Below are positions 49,101-59,402 of a DNA stretch of 64,000 nucleotides, piece after piece. The notes beneath the pieces were generated by a model that was not told where the DNA came from, did not search any database, and was given only the letters and a program-made list of their open reading frames with translations. The stretch comes from Prevotella sp. (GTDB lineage Bacteria > Bacteroidota > Bacteroidia > Bacteroidales > Bacteroidaceae). The stretch spans positions 2,028 to 66,027 of the forward strand of contig JAFUZD010000069.1 in the NCBI GenBank assembly GCA_017476785.1, written 5' to 3'. Positions within the stretch are counted from its first letter, which is position 1. Every line of letters starts with the position of its first letter. The position numbers were made by a program, and so were the translations under genes.

Positions 49101-49306
49101 ACGTCGAAGTGGCCTACACCTTCACGCAGCCGTGGATTAAGAAATGCGGCATTGAGAGCCTGCGCCTCTACGTGAGCGGCAACAACCTCTGGATGTGGAC
49201 CCGTATGCCCGACGACCGCGAGGTCAACTTCTCCGGAACAACCGGTGGAAGCGGTGCTTATCCTACGGTGAAGCGTATCAACTTCGGTATTAAAATTGGA
49301 TTCTAA
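46142..49306 (+). CDS. susC: SusC-like TonB-dependent transporter 1
   Basis: GVVTDETGESIIGA, LNEVIVVGYG, VLKDASATAVYGVKGANGVILITTKRG, C-terminal F. Confidence 0.96.
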   Translation: MNAMKELLKRFAATAAVMLGFCLAATAQGNISISGVVTDETGESIIGATIAVKGQSGAGAVTDFDGRFAMKVPSEKSILVVSYIGMNTREISVGKQRSLKIVMSEDNKQLNEVIVVGYGQQKKASVVGAITQTTGKVLERAAGISDIGAALTGNLPGVVTTATSGMPGEEEPQIVIRGSSSWNNSEPLVLVDGVERPMSAVDIASVESISVLKDASATAVYGVKGANGVILITTKRGQEGRARIQASANAIIKIPSKLPGKYDAYDALMLRNRAIEHELDLNPDSWANIRPQSFIENYRNQTTVEQQERYPNVDWQKTLFKSQTMSYNANVNVSGGTKFVKYFASIDFVNEGDLFKVFPNGRNYDSGYGYNRINVRSNLDFQITKTTTLKVNIAGSNGQQKSPYNNTLYSGASDWSLAQQWAGAYNIAPDVFLPVYSNGAWGYYPSGTNVTNSAENLSLGGTQKVTTTRINTDFTLDQDLSFITKGLQFHGMIAWDNVFVEWKRGVNDLYNNAQEMWIDPDTGERIYKQAYENANHFDFQQPVTWNIESGEVQNWSTQRNLNYQLQLNWARKFGDHDVTAMGLFSRQENAKGSVIPSYREDWAFRVTYNYAMRYFAEYNGAYNGSEKFSKDNRFAFFNSGAIGWTVSEEKWYKPVKKYVDMLKLRLSYGEIGDDNVGDRWLYMNQWAYVGSKENNNGTSLDINHGFSPYKWYRESSVGNPNVHWEKVKKWNFGIDYSLFGGLFVGGIDIFRDKRVDILVGGASRSVPSYFGQTAPTANLGEVKTHGYELTLRFNKVIRNGMRFWADLNMTHAENEVIVKDDQPLLPAYRKEAGYAIGQGRAFIDKGYLNTYDDIYGSPKHDVNDGQRLPGDYYIVDFNGDGVVDNTNDQVPYGYPSVPQNTYNATLGWEWKGLSCFVQFYGVTNVTRLVQLNSFPDHAYNTVYDQGSWWSKYDVGADVPVARWLTTPSNYSNGTRYYYDGSYVRLKNVEVAYTFTQPWIKKCGIESLRLYVSGNNLWMWTRMPDDREVNFSGTTGGSGAYPTVKRINFGIKIGF

Positions 49307-49320
49307 AGCAACTGAAGATT

Positions 49321-51255
49321 ATGAAAAAGATATTTAAGACATTCGTATATGGCGCCCTGCTGACACTGCCGCTGGCCTCCTGCACCGACTATCTGGATAA
49401 GGAAGCCGACTCTGACGTGTCGGAAGACGTGGCATTCGCCAACTTCAACAACTTTCAGGGATTTGTTGAGGAGATGTACAACTGTATCCCCGATAAGGAG
49501 AAGTGCTACTGGTGTACCACCTTCAACTGGGGCGACGACGAGATAATGAACACCGGTCTGGGCGATGCGCACTTCACGCATCAGGTGGACCTCGGAAACT
49601 ATCGCAACTGGAGCCAGAACGGCCAGATGTGGCTCTATCGCTCTACCAGCGACCCCACCAGCGAGGACAAGTTCAACCACTCGCTGTGGCCCCACGCTTG
49701 GTACTGCATCCGTAAGGCCAACATCGGTCTGGCCAATCTGGACAAGATGACGGTGGCTACGCAGGAGGAGAAGAACCTCATTGCCGGTCAGCTCTACTTC
49801 TTCCGTGCTTGGTGGTATGAGGAGCTGATGCAATACTTCGGAGGCCTGCCCTACATCGACCATCCGCTGGAGGCTACCGAGGAGATGCGCTTCCCGCGCC
49901 TGAGCTATCAGGAGTGCGCTGAGAAGTGTGCCGAGGACTTCCGCCGTGCCGCCGACCTGCTGCCCATCGACTGGGACAAGACCACCGTCGGTAAGCAGAC
50001 ACTGGGCAAGAACGACCTGCGCGTCAACAAGATTACGGCGCTGGGCTATCTGGGCAAGGTGCTGCTCTGGGCTGCCAGCCCGCTGATGGAGAACGGGGCC
50101 GAGCTGAACGGTGCCCACACCTATAATTATAATACAGACTATGCGCGCCGCTCGGCCGAGGCTCTGGGTGAGCTACTGGCACTCGTGGAGAACGGACAGA
50201 CGCAGTATGCACTGGCCGAGTTTGACTACGAAGACATCTACAACCACAAGAAGAGCTCCACGGCATCGACCTGCTTCTCGGACATCTTCTATACCACCGG
50301 ACAGGACTGGAAGATGCCGGGCACCTGCGAGGCCATTATGCGTGGTCCGTCGTCTGACTACAATGGCTCGAACTGGAACTTCACCAAGACGTGGGGCACC
50401 AAGATCGGCTCGCTCGTTGAGCACGACAACATCATCCACCAGCCCACGGCCAACTACGTGAACTATGCTTACGGTATGGCTAACGGCCTGCCTATCGACG
50501 ACCCCGAGTCGGGCTTCGACCCCGAGCATCCGTTCAAGAACCGCTCGCCGCGCTTCTATCACGACATTATCTTCGACGGCTTTAAGTACGTGAACACCGA
50601 CATCTCGGGCGATGCGCTGGAGCGTCAGCAGTATTGCGGCCTCTACACCGGCGGCTATACCCGCGACGTGGCCAATGCCAGCCGTACGGGCTACTACACG
50701 CAGAAGCTGGTGCCCCACACGGCCAACAAGTTCGACGGCGTCTACAACTGGAGCGGCTCGCTCCACGTCTATATGCCGTATATGCGTCTGGCCGACGTCT
50801 ACCTGATGTATGCTGAGGCTTGCGCCGCCGTGGGTGGTGCTTCGGCTAAGGCCTCTACCTTCTCGAAGACGGCCGAGGATGCCATCAACACGCTGCGCGA
50901 CCGCGTAGGCGAAGGCCACGTGGCTGCCAAGTTCCTCGCTGACAATCATAAGTTTATGGACGAGGTGCGCCGCGAGCGTGCCGCCGAGCTGGCTTTCGAG
51001 GGCTTCCGCTTCAACGACCTGCAGCGCTGGCTGCTGCTCACCGTGGCTCCGTACAACACGAAGACCTCGCAGGAGTTCTACCGCGCCGAGAGCGACGGCT
51101 TCTTTAAGGACAACGACCCCGCCGACGCAAAGGTGCAGGGCTGGAGTGAGAAGAATATCCTGACCCGCGTCTTCGGAACGAAGCACTATTGGTTCCCATT
51201 GCTGGACGACGACGTCTATCTCTATGAAGAGTTCGAACAGAATCCCGGCTGGTAA
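49321..51255 (+). CDS. susD: SusD-like lipoprotein 1
   Basis: LASC lipobox; YFFRAWWY, MRLADVYLMYAEA, RRERAAELAFEGFRFNDLQRW, EQNPGW. Confidence 0.95.
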   Translation: MKKIFKTFVYGALLTLPLASCTDYLDKEADSDVSEDVAFANFNNFQGFVEEMYNCIPDKEKCYWCTTFNWGDDEIMNTGLGDAHFTHQVDLGNYRNWSQNGQMWLYRSTSDPTSEDKFNHSLWPHAWYCIRKANIGLANLDKMTVATQEEKNLIAGQLYFFRAWWYEELMQYFGGLPYIDHPLEATEEMRFPRLSYQECAEKCAEDFRRAADLLPIDWDKTTVGKQTLGKNDLRVNKITALGYLGKVLLWAASPLMENGAELNGAHTYNYNTDYARRSAEALGELLALVENGQTQYALAEFDYEDIYNHKKSSTASTCFSDIFYTTGQDWKMPGTCEAIMRGPSSDYNGSNWNFTKTWGTKIGSLVEHDNIIHQPTANYVNYAYGMANGLPIDDPESGFDPEHPFKNRSPRFYHDIIFDGFKYVNTDISGDALERQQYCGLYTGGYTRDVANASRTGYYTQKLVPHTANKFDGVYNWSGSLHVYMPYMRLADVYLMYAEACAAVGGASAKASTFSKTAEDAINTLRDRVGEGHVAAKFLADNHKFMDEVRRERAAELAFEGFRFNDLQRWLLLTVAPYNTKTSQEFYRAESDGFFKDNDPADAKVQGWSEKNILTRVFGTKHYWFPLLDDDVYLYEEFEQNPGW

Positions 51256-51299
51256 TTCTTCGAGAATGAAAGAGTGAAACAATTAAAGAATTGAAGAAT

Positions 51300-54116
51300 A
51301 TGAAAAAGCATATATTATTAGGAACGGTTCTCCTCGCATCGGCACTGACGGCTGTTGCTCAGGATGCTGACACGCTGACCGTGGCCGACGATGGCAAAGT
51401 GCCCGTGGCTTTCGGCCGTGCCGCGCTGAACGAGACGCTGGGCGGCGTGTCGGTCGTAGACGTGGAAGAACTCACGAACATCAACTATAATACATACGGA
51501 CTTGACAATATGCAGGGCTATGTAGGTGGTTGGAACGGCAACTCGCTCTGGGGTATGCAGGGCGGCACGGACAATCTCGTGCTCGTCGACGGTGTGCCCC
51601 GCGACATCAACTACGTGAAACCCAGCGAAATCAAGACCATCACCTTCCTGAAGGGCGCACAGGCCGTGGTGCTCTACGGCAGCCGCGGTGCCAACGGCGT
51701 AATCCTCGTCACCACCAAGCGTGGCAGCGAGGGCCCGATGCGCATCAACGTACGTGCCAACACGGGTTGGAACGTGGCCAAGAGCTATCCCGAGTACCTC
51801 GGTTCGGCAGAGTATATGACGCTCTACAACGAGGCTCGCGCTAACGATGGTCACGACCCGCTCTACACCGCAGAGCAGATTTACAACTCGGGCAGCGGGC
51901 TGAATCCCTATCGCTATCCGAACGTGGACTTCTATTCGTCTGACTACATCCGCCGCGCCTATAACCGCAGCGACATTTCTGCCGAAATCACCGGTGGCAA
52001 CGGGTTTGCCAAATACTACACGAACGTCAGCTACTACCGTACCGGCGACTTCCTGAAGGTGGGTGAGGCTAAGCACAACTATTCGGAGCGCTTCGACGTG
52101 AGAGGTAACGTAGACCTGAAGCTGAACGACTTCATCTCAGCCTATGTGAATGCCAACGTCAGCTTTGCCGGCTCGAAGAATCCGGTAGGTGACTATTACT
52201 GGTCGACGGCTGCGACGATGCGTCCCAACCGCGTGGCTCCGCTGATTCCGCTGAGCTATCTCGACCCCAACGCCGTTGCTGCACGCACGATGCTGAGCGA
52301 GACGGGCAACATCTTCGACGGAATGTTCCTCGGCGGTACGCAGAGCGACCTGACCAACGTCTTCGCCTCCTATTATGCCGGTGGCAAGAGCAAGACGACC
52401 AACCGCCGTTTCCAGTTCGACACGGGAGTTGACGTACAGCTCGACAAAGTGCTGCAGGGACTCTCGTTCCACACGCAGTTCTCCGTTGACTACGCTACGA
52501 CCTACATCACCTCTTATAATAATGACTTCGCCACCTATCAGCCCACTTGGGCCAACTATGGCGGAAAGGACGTCATTGTAGGCTTGACGAAGTTCAACCT
52601 CGACAAGCACTCGGGTGTGCAGAACATCAGCAACAGTGCCACCAACCAAGTGATGGCCTTCAATGCCCACTTCGATTACAACAATACGTTCGGCGGTGTC
52701 CATAACGTAGGTGCCAAGCTGTTGGCCAACGGCTATCAGAAGACCGTCTCGGGCGAGTACCACAAGACGAGCAATGCCAACCTCGGTCTGGACCTGAGCT
52801 ATAACTTCGACCGTCGCTACTTCGTCGACTTCTCGGCAGCCGCCATCCATTCGGCCCGTCTGGCAGAAGGTCATCGCGAAGCCATCTCACCGTCGCTCTC
52901 GCTCGGCTGGAACATTGCCCGCGAGAAGTTTATGGAAGGCTCGGCTTTCGATGAGCTGATGCTCAGCGCCAGCCTGAGCGACCTGAAGACCGATATGTAT
53001 ATTGACGACTACTATATGTATGCCGGCTCGTTCAGTCAGGGCTCACAGTGGTGGGGCTGGGCTCAGGGCATCTCCCTGCACCCGACCATCTCGAACCGTG
53101 GCGGCAACGAGGACCTGACGTTCATCCGCCGCAAGGAGTTCAGCGTCAACCTCCGTGCTTCGCTCTGGAACCGGATGCTGACGGCCGACCTCTCGTTCTT
53201 CACCAATAAGCTGGAGGGCCAGATTATCCGTCCCACCTCGGCTTATCCCTCTTACTTTATGACTTACTATCCCGAGGCATCGTTCATTCCGTATACCAAC
53301 TACAACGACGATACCCGCACGGGCTTCGACTTCGCCTTCAACTTCCAGAAGAAGTTCGGTCAGGTAGACTTCCACGCAGGCATCAACGGTACATACTATA
53401 CGACCAACGCCTCGCGTCGCGACGACACCGCCTACACCGATGCTTATCAGAACCGTCAGGGACGTCCTGTCGATGCATTGTGGGGCTATGAGTGTCTGGG
53501 CTTCTTCAAAGATGCCGACGACATTGCCAACTCTCCCTCGCAGACTGCACTGAGCGGCAACATCGCTCCCGGCGACCTGAAGTATAAGGATCAGAACAAC
53601 GACGGCATCATCGACACTAAGGACCAAGTGTTCCTCGGCAAAGGCGCTTGGTACGGACAGCCGTTCACGCTGGGCATCAACCTGAGTGCCAAGTACAAGG
53701 GCTTCACGCTCTTCGCTCTGGCCACGGGCGGCTTCGGCGGCAAGGCCTTCAAGAGCAATTCCTACTGGTGGGTGAGCGGCGAGTCGAAGTATTCGGCTGT
53801 GGTTCGCAACCGCTGGACGCCCGAGACCGCAGCTACGGCCACCTATCCACGTCTGACGACCGGCGACGGTGGCAACAACTTCACCAACTCAGACTTCTGG
53901 CTCTACAAGACCGACCAGTTCAGTCTGGCTAAGGTGCAGCTTACCTACGACTTCCCCTCCACGCTGTTCCAGAACAAGTGGGTGACCGGTCTCTCGGCCT
54001 ACGTCAGCGGCAGCAACCTGCTGACCATCGCTAAGGAGCGCGAAATTCTTGAGATGAGTGTGGGTGGCAGTCCTCAGACCCGCTTCTACAACATAGGTGT
54101 AAAGGTTTCATTCTAA
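51300..54116 (+). CDS. susC: SusC-like TonB-dependent transporter 2 (no N-terminal extension)
   Basis: LKGAQAVVLYGSRGANGVILVTTKRG, PGDLKYKDQN, YPRLT, GVKVSF. Confidence 0.94.
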   Translation: MKKHILLGTVLLASALTAVAQDADTLTVADDGKVPVAFGRAALNETLGGVSVVDVEELTNINYNTYGLDNMQGYVGGWNGNSLWGMQGGTDNLVLVDGVPRDINYVKPSEIKTITFLKGAQAVVLYGSRGANGVILVTTKRGSEGPMRINVRANTGWNVAKSYPEYLGSAEYMTLYNEARANDGHDPLYTAEQIYNSGSGLNPYRYPNVDFYSSDYIRRAYNRSDISAEITGGNGFAKYYTNVSYYRTGDFLKVGEAKHNYSERFDVRGNVDLKLNDFISAYVNANVSFAGSKNPVGDYYWSTAATMRPNRVAPLIPLSYLDPNAVAARTMLSETGNIFDGMFLGGTQSDLTNVFASYYAGGKSKTTNRRFQFDTGVDVQLDKVLQGLSFHTQFSVDYATTYITSYNNDFATYQPTWANYGGKDVIVGLTKFNLDKHSGVQNISNSATNQVMAFNAHFDYNNTFGGVHNVGAKLLANGYQKTVSGEYHKTSNANLGLDLSYNFDRRYFVDFSAAAIHSARLAEGHREAISPSLSLGWNIAREKFMEGSAFDELMLSASLSDLKTDMYIDDYYMYAGSFSQGSQWWGWAQGISLHPTISNRGGNEDLTFIRRKEFSVNLRASLWNRMLTADLSFFTNKLEGQIIRPTSAYPSYFMTYYPEASFIPYTNYNDDTRTGFDFAFNFQKKFGQVDFHAGINGTYYTTNASRRDDTAYTDAYQNRQGRPVDALWGYECLGFFKDADDIANSPSQTALSGNIAPGDLKYKDQNNDGIIDTKDQVFLGKGAWYGQPFTLGINLSAKYKGFTLFALATGGFGGKAFKSNSYWWVSGESKYSAVVRNRWTPETAATATYPRLTTGDGGNNFTNSDFWLYKTDQFSLAKVQLTYDFPSTLFQNKWVTGLSAYVSGSNLLTIAKEREILEMSVGGSPQTRFYNIGVKVSF

Positions 54117-54129
54117 AACAAGAGACACG

Positions 54130-55938
54130 ATGAAAAAGATTATTTATATCAGCTTATTTGCAGCAACCGCCCTGCTCACGGCTTGCGACGACCTGTTCGA
54201 GCCGGCCATCGAGAATCAGCGCGACATCGAGGCAATGAAGGACGAGCCCACCTATGCTCAGGGTGTGCTGGCCAATGCCTATACGTTGCTGCCTTATTCG
54301 TCAAACTATGGCGAGTTTGTTCTGAGCGACCTCGCTACCGACGATGCCGTCAGCGTGACGCAGACCAACGACTACAGCCGTCTGGCTGTGGGTGGCTGGG
54401 CTTCGAACAGCGACGCGCTGAGCCAGTGGCGCAACCGCTTCAGTGCCATTCAGTATTGTAATATTATGCTGGAGAAGGTGGATGAGGTGAAATGGGCCGA
54501 GTCTGAGGCACTCAACCAGATGTTCATCGACCACTTCAAAGGCGAGAGCTATGCGCTGCGTGCCCTGCAGGAGTATTACCTGCTGCGCGCCCACGCTGGC
54601 TATACGGCCAACGGCGAGCTGCTCGGCGTGCCCATCCACACCGCTTCGGAAGACGGCTCCTCGGACTTCAACCGCCCGCGCGACTCGTTTAAGGACTGTG
54701 TCGCTCAGATTCTTGCTGACTGCGACGAGGCAGAGGAGCTGCTGGCCTATGAGGACCGCGACATCACCTCGGCCGACGAGATGCCTGCCAAGTATCGCCA
54801 GCTGGGTGCCACACAGGGCGAGTACAACCGCGCCTTCGGTACCCACCACTATGGAAAGATCAACGGTAAGGTAGCCGCTGCCATCCGTGCACAGGTGCTC
54901 CTGCTGGCAGCCAGCCCTGCTTACAGTGCTAATTCGGGCTATACCTACCAGCAGGCAGCCGACGCCGCAGCCCGCGTGCTCGACAAGATTGGCGGCGTGG
55001 CAGGTATGGATCCCAATGGCTGGCGATGGTTTGCCAATACCAGTGAGATTGACAACCTCAGCTCGTCGGAAGACCCGAAAGAGATTGTATGGCGCGGCTC
55101 TACCCGCTCGACCAACGACCCCGAGGACAACTACTATCCTCCCTCGCTCTATGGTCACGCCCGCGTCAACCCGACACAGAATCTCGTAGACGCCTTCCCG
55201 ATGGCCAACGGCTATCCCATTGCCGAGAGTGCCAGCGGCTATAATGCCGACGATCCCTATACGGGCCGTGACCCGCGTCTGGCCGCCTACATCGTGTACA
55301 ACGGCTCAACGCTCGGTGTCAACAACTCAGAGATTATCACCGCGACCTACGGAACCAACCGCGATGCCATCAACAATGACAATGGCAGCTCTACGCGTAC
55401 CGGTTACTATATGCGCAAGCATCTCCGCCCGGACATCAACCTCAACCCGTCGAATCCTACCGAGCATCCCCACTATGATGCCCGCATCCGCTACACCGAG
55501 ATCTTCCTCGCCTATGCAGAGGCAGCCAACGAGGCTTACGGCCCCACGGCCGACGGCGGTCACGGCTATTCGGCCTACGACGTCATTAAGGCGCTGCGTG
55601 CACGTGCCGGTGTAGGCACTTCGAACGGCGACGCCTATCTGGAGAGCATCAAGAACGATCAGGCTAAGATGCGCGAGCTCATCCGCAACGAGCGCCGTCT
55701 GGAGCTCTGCTTCGAGAACCACCGCTTCTACGACCTGCGCCGTTGGAAGGTAGACCTCAGCGTGCTCACCGCTCCGGCTCAGGGCGTGCAGATTGGCCAG
55801 ACCACCACGGGCAACCTGACGTTCACCGTCCTGCCCAGCGTGGAGGCTCGCACCTATCAGGACTATATGTACTACGGCCCGATTCCCTATGAGGAAATCG
55901 TCAAGTGGAGTGCGCTGGAGCAGAATGCCGGCTGGTAA
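54130..55938 (+). CDS. susD: SusD-like lipoprotein 2
   Basis: LTAC lipobox; RDPRL, RYTEIFLAYAEA, RNERRLELCFENHRFYDLRRW, QNAGW. Confidence 0.95.
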   Translation: MKKIIYISLFAATALLTACDDLFEPAIENQRDIEAMKDEPTYAQGVLANAYTLLPYSSNYGEFVLSDLATDDAVSVTQTNDYSRLAVGGWASNSDALSQWRNRFSAIQYCNIMLEKVDEVKWAESEALNQMFIDHFKGESYALRALQEYYLLRAHAGYTANGELLGVPIHTASEDGSSDFNRPRDSFKDCVAQILADCDEAEELLAYEDRDITSADEMPAKYRQLGATQGEYNRAFGTHHYGKINGKVAAAIRAQVLLLAASPAYSANSGYTYQQAADAAARVLDKIGGVAGMDPNGWRWFANTSEIDNLSSSEDPKEIVWRGSTRSTNDPEDNYYPPSLYGHARVNPTQNLVDAFPMANGYPIAESASGYNADDPYTGRDPRLAAYIVYNGSTLGVNNSEIITATYGTNRDAINNDNGSSTRTGYYMRKHLRPDINLNPSNPTEHPHYDARIRYTEIFLAYAEAANEAYGPTADGGHGYSAYDVIKALRARAGVGTSNGDAYLESIKNDQAKMRELIRNERRLELCFENHRFYDLRRWKVDLSVLTAPAQGVQIGQTTTGNLTFTVLPSVEARTYQDYMYYGPIPYEEIVKWSALEQNAGW

Positions 55939-55972
55939 TCAAGAAAAACCATAATGTAACATCAAAACGATT

Positions 55973-57013
55973 ATGAAGAATATGAAATTCAGAACATTAA
56001 TATCAATCATAGCAGGAGGTGCACTCGTACTGGGGATGCAGTCGTGCAAGAACGGCGATATGGACTTCCCCGACTACGAGGGCGGTAAGAATGTCTATTT
56101 TGCTTACCAGAATCCTGTGCGTACGCTTGTGATGGGCGAGGACGACTACGACACCACGCTCGACAATCAGCACAAGTGTATGATTAAGGCCACGATGGGT
56201 GGAAGCTACAACGGTGCCAATGTCGTCATCAACTTTGTGGTAGACAATACGCTCTGCAACAATCTCTATTTTGACAATGGCGACCCCGTGCTGCCGATGC
56301 CGGCCAACTACTACACGCTCTCGGGCAACACCATCTCGTTCAACGGCGGTATGAGCGGCGGTGTGGAAGTGCAGCTGACCGATGCCTTCTTCAACGACCC
56401 GCTGGCCCTGAGCAATCACTACGTCATTCCGCTCGTGATGACCGGCGTTACCGGTGCTGACAGCATCCTGCAGGGCCGCACCATCATCGACGGCGAAGTG
56501 GCCCAGCGCACCAACTATGCCCGCTGGGACGTGGCTCCGAAAGACTATGTGCTCTATTGCGTGAAGTACATCAGCAAGTACGACGCCAACTACATCCGTC
56601 GTGGAGTGGACAAGATTACGGTCAGCGGCGTCACGACGACCAACGTGCGCCACGCTGCCTACTTGGAGAAGAACGAGGTGAAGAGCGATATCACTACGCT
56701 TTCGCTCAACAGCATCAGCTATCCCGTGACGGTCAATGTCGGCGGAGTGCAGAAGTCTTGCGTCCTCAACCTCACCTTCAATGCCAATGGCGAGTGCACC
56801 GTTAGCAGTGCCACGGCTGGTGTGACAGCCAGCGGAAGCGGTTCGTATCGCGACAAGTCGGAGGCAAAGGCTTGGGGCAATCAGGACCGCGACGGCCTCT
56901 ATCTCGATTACCAGATTACGTTCGACAACGCCACCGTAGCCACTACCGACACGCTGGTATGGCAGAGCCGCGGCGTGAACTCCGAAGAGTTCAGCTCAGA
57001 CTATATTGAATAA
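55973..57013 (+). CDS. PUL surface lipoprotein (DUF1735/DUF5627 type)
   Basis: MQSC lipobox; FPDYE..VYFAYQ.PVRTL, LTDAFFNDP..YVIPL, KDYVLYCVKYI. Confidence 0.8.
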   Translation: MKNMKFRTLISIIAGGALVLGMQSCKNGDMDFPDYEGGKNVYFAYQNPVRTLVMGEDDYDTTLDNQHKCMIKATMGGSYNGANVVINFVVDNTLCNNLYFDNGDPVLPMPANYYTLSGNTISFNGGMSGGVEVQLTDAFFNDPLALSNHYVIPLVMTGVTGADSILQGRTIIDGEVAQRTNYARWDVAPKDYVLYCVKYISKYDANYIRRGVDKITVSGVTTTNVRHAAYLEKNEVKSDITTLSLNSISYPVTVNVGGVQKSCVLNLTFNANGECTVSSATAGVTASGSGSYRDKSEAKAWGNQDRDGLYLDYQITFDNATVATTDTLVWQSRGVNSEEFSSDYIE

Positions 57014-57034
57014 CCTATAAATTTACGAAGAGTT

Positions 57035-59257
57035 ATGAAACAGTATAAATCGATTATAGCAGCCATAGCAGCAGTGGCATTGGCATCCTGCGCCGACGAC
57101 AAGTTTCAGGAGTTCCGCACGGCGGCTCCCGAGCGTGATGCCAACTATGCCTATCTGAACGAGTATGGCGACCTGAAGAGTTATGTCGACCGTGCCAAGT
57201 ATCCTCGCTTCGTCCTCGGCGGTGCCACCAGCGCTGGCGACTTCAACAAGCAGGAGCTGGTCTATGCCCTCGACGTAGCCAACTTCGACGAGCTCGTAAC
57301 GGGCAACGACTTCAAGTATGCTTCGGTGGTCAGCGACGACGGCGTGATGAACTTCTCTACCATTGAGTCGTTCTGTACCAATGCCACCGATGCCGGTCTC
57401 GGCATCTATGGCCACACCCTCGTATGGCACTCGCAGCAGCGACCCAAGTATCTCACCGGCCTGATGGCCGACCGTCCGTTGCCTCCCGCTCCCGACGGTC
57501 CGCAGGAGGTGTCGCTCATCAAGAACGGTGATGCCGAGGGCGACGACGCTTCCACCAGCTTCAACGATTGCGAGATTCGCGACGGCGTGGGCTACGAGGG
57601 TAGCCGTGCCTATGTCGTGGAGACTCCGGGTGCTCACAACAACTCGTGGGACAAGCAGCTCTTTATCAAGAGCAACACCACGCTGTCGGCTGGTGATAAG
57701 GTCATCTTGCGTATGAAGGCTCGCGCCGAGCGCGCCGCCAGCATCGAGACGCAGGCTCAGACCACCCCGGGCAACTATCTCTACTGGCAGATGTTCGGCA
57801 ACATCAACATCACCACTGAGTGGAAGGATTATACGTTTACGGTCGACCTCAGCTCGTCGCACGAGGGAATGCAGACCGTTGCTTTCAACCTCTGCGTCAT
57901 TGACGAAGACAACACGTTCTACTTCGACGACGTTGAGTTCGTCCGTGTGGAAGAGCCGCAGCAGACCGTCTCACTGTGGATCAATCAGGTCAACAACCCC
58001 GACTGCGAGACCGACGATGCCTCGTCGCTCGTAGGTCGTGACGGCGACGGCAATGGCGACCACACCACCTTTGTCGAGGGAGCCGGTATCGACGGTTCGC
58101 GTGCCGTGAAGGTGCACGCCATCGACAATGCTCCGCAGGAGTACACCACCCAGTTCTTCGTCTACACCCCGGGCCACACGTGGCAGGCTGGCGAGAAGTA
58201 TCACTTCAAGATGTGGGCCCGTGCCGATAAGGCTGCCTCCATCGGCTCGCAGGCACACACCACGCCCGGTAACTACATCCACTGGTCGATGCTGGGCAAC
58301 CTGAACATCACCACCGAGTGGAAGGAGTTCTCGTTCGAGGGTACCATCACGGCCGATCAGGCTGGTGCCAACGGAATGCAGACCATCGCTTTCAACCTGA
58401 ACGTGCTGCGCGAAGAGAACAACTACTACTTCGACAACATCGAGTGGAGCGTAGAGCAACAGGCCAATGGCATCCCCCTCACCGAGGAGGAGAAGCGCGA
58501 CACCATCCAGTGGGCTATGGAGCAGTGGATCAGCGGTATGATGGAGGCCTGCAACGGCCGCGTCAAGGCTTGGGACCTCGTCAACGAGCCGATGTCCGAC
58601 GCATCGCCCTTCGAGCTGAAGTCGGGCGACCGCGAGGGCGGTGCCGACAACTTCTACTGGCAGGACTATCTGGGTAAGGACTATGCCCGCATCGCAGCCC
58701 GTCTGGCTCGCCAGTATGGTGGCGACGACCTCATCCTCTTTGTCAACGACTACAACCTCGAAGCTGCCTACAACCAGAACCGCAAGTGCGACGGACTCAT
58801 CCAGATGATTGAATACTGGGAGAGCGACGGCGTCACCAAGATTGATGGTATCGGCAGCCAGATGCACGTCACCTACTCGCTCGACGCTGCCACGCAGGAG
58901 CGCAACGAGGCTGCTGTCGTGACGATGCTTGAGAAGCTGGCCGCTACGGGCAAGCTCATCCGCATCTCCGAGCTGGATATGGGCATTGCCGACGAGAACG
59001 GCAACAGCATCAAGACGGTTGACGTCACCGAGGAGCAGCACCGTGCAATGGCCGACTACTATAAGTTCATCATCCGGAAGTATCTGGAGATTATCCCGGC
59101 CGACCAGCAGTATGGTATCACTGCTTGGGGCATTACCGACAGTCCCGACACCGACAACAGCTACTGGCGTCGTGGCGAGCCCATCGGACTCTGGGACCTG
59201 AACTACTATCGCAAGCATACCTATGCAGGCTTTGCCGACGGTCTGTCGGGCAAGTAA
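57035..59257 (+). CDS. GH10 endo-xylanase lipoprotein interrupted by two CBM4-like modules (Xyn10C-like)
   Basis: GHTLVWHSQ, two homologous inserts (…AQTTPGNYLYW… / …AHTTPGNYIHW…), then WDLVNEP, NDYN, GIGSQMH, ISELD. Confidence 0.92.
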   Translation: MKQYKSIIAAIAAVALASCADDKFQEFRTAAPERDANYAYLNEYGDLKSYVDRAKYPRFVLGGATSAGDFNKQELVYALDVANFDELVTGNDFKYASVVSDDGVMNFSTIESFCTNATDAGLGIYGHTLVWHSQQRPKYLTGLMADRPLPPAPDGPQEVSLIKNGDAEGDDASTSFNDCEIRDGVGYEGSRAYVVETPGAHNNSWDKQLFIKSNTTLSAGDKVILRMKARAERAASIETQAQTTPGNYLYWQMFGNINITTEWKDYTFTVDLSSSHEGMQTVAFNLCVIDEDNTFYFDDVEFVRVEEPQQTVSLWINQVNNPDCETDDASSLVGRDGDGNGDHTTFVEGAGIDGSRAVKVHAIDNAPQEYTTQFFVYTPGHTWQAGEKYHFKMWARADKAASIGSQAHTTPGNYIHWSMLGNLNITTEWKEFSFEGTITADQAGANGMQTIAFNLNVLREENNYYFDNIEWSVEQQANGIPLTEEEKRDTIQWAMEQWISGMMEACNGRVKAWDLVNEPMSDASPFELKSGDREGGADNFYWQDYLGKDYARIAARLARQYGGDDLILFVNDYNLEAAYNQNRKCDGLIQMIEYWESDGVTKIDGIGSQMHVTYSLDAATQERNEAAVVTMLEKLAATGKLIRISELDMGIADENGNSIKTVDVTEEQHRAMADYYKFIIRKYLEIIPADQQYGITAWGITDSPDTDNSYWRRGEPIGLWDLNYYRKHTYAGFADGLSGK

Positions 59258-59299
59258 GCCAAGCCAAGCGATATAGCGAGATAAAAAGAACTCGAGTTT

Positions 59300-59376
59300 G
59301 AAAGTTTTGATTAGTTATGGTAAACAAAACTTATGGAGTGCGTCTGGTGTGAACCACACGCACTCTTTTCTTTTTT
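59300..59376 (+). terminator. GUGA-loop terminator, possibly the end of a 3'-derived sRNA after GH10
   Basis: gagtgcgtctggt-GTGA-accacacgcactc-ttttctttttt preceded by ttgattagttat. Confidence 0.75.
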
Positions 59377-59402
59377 GAATCACTTTAAATAGTTAATCAA
59401 CG

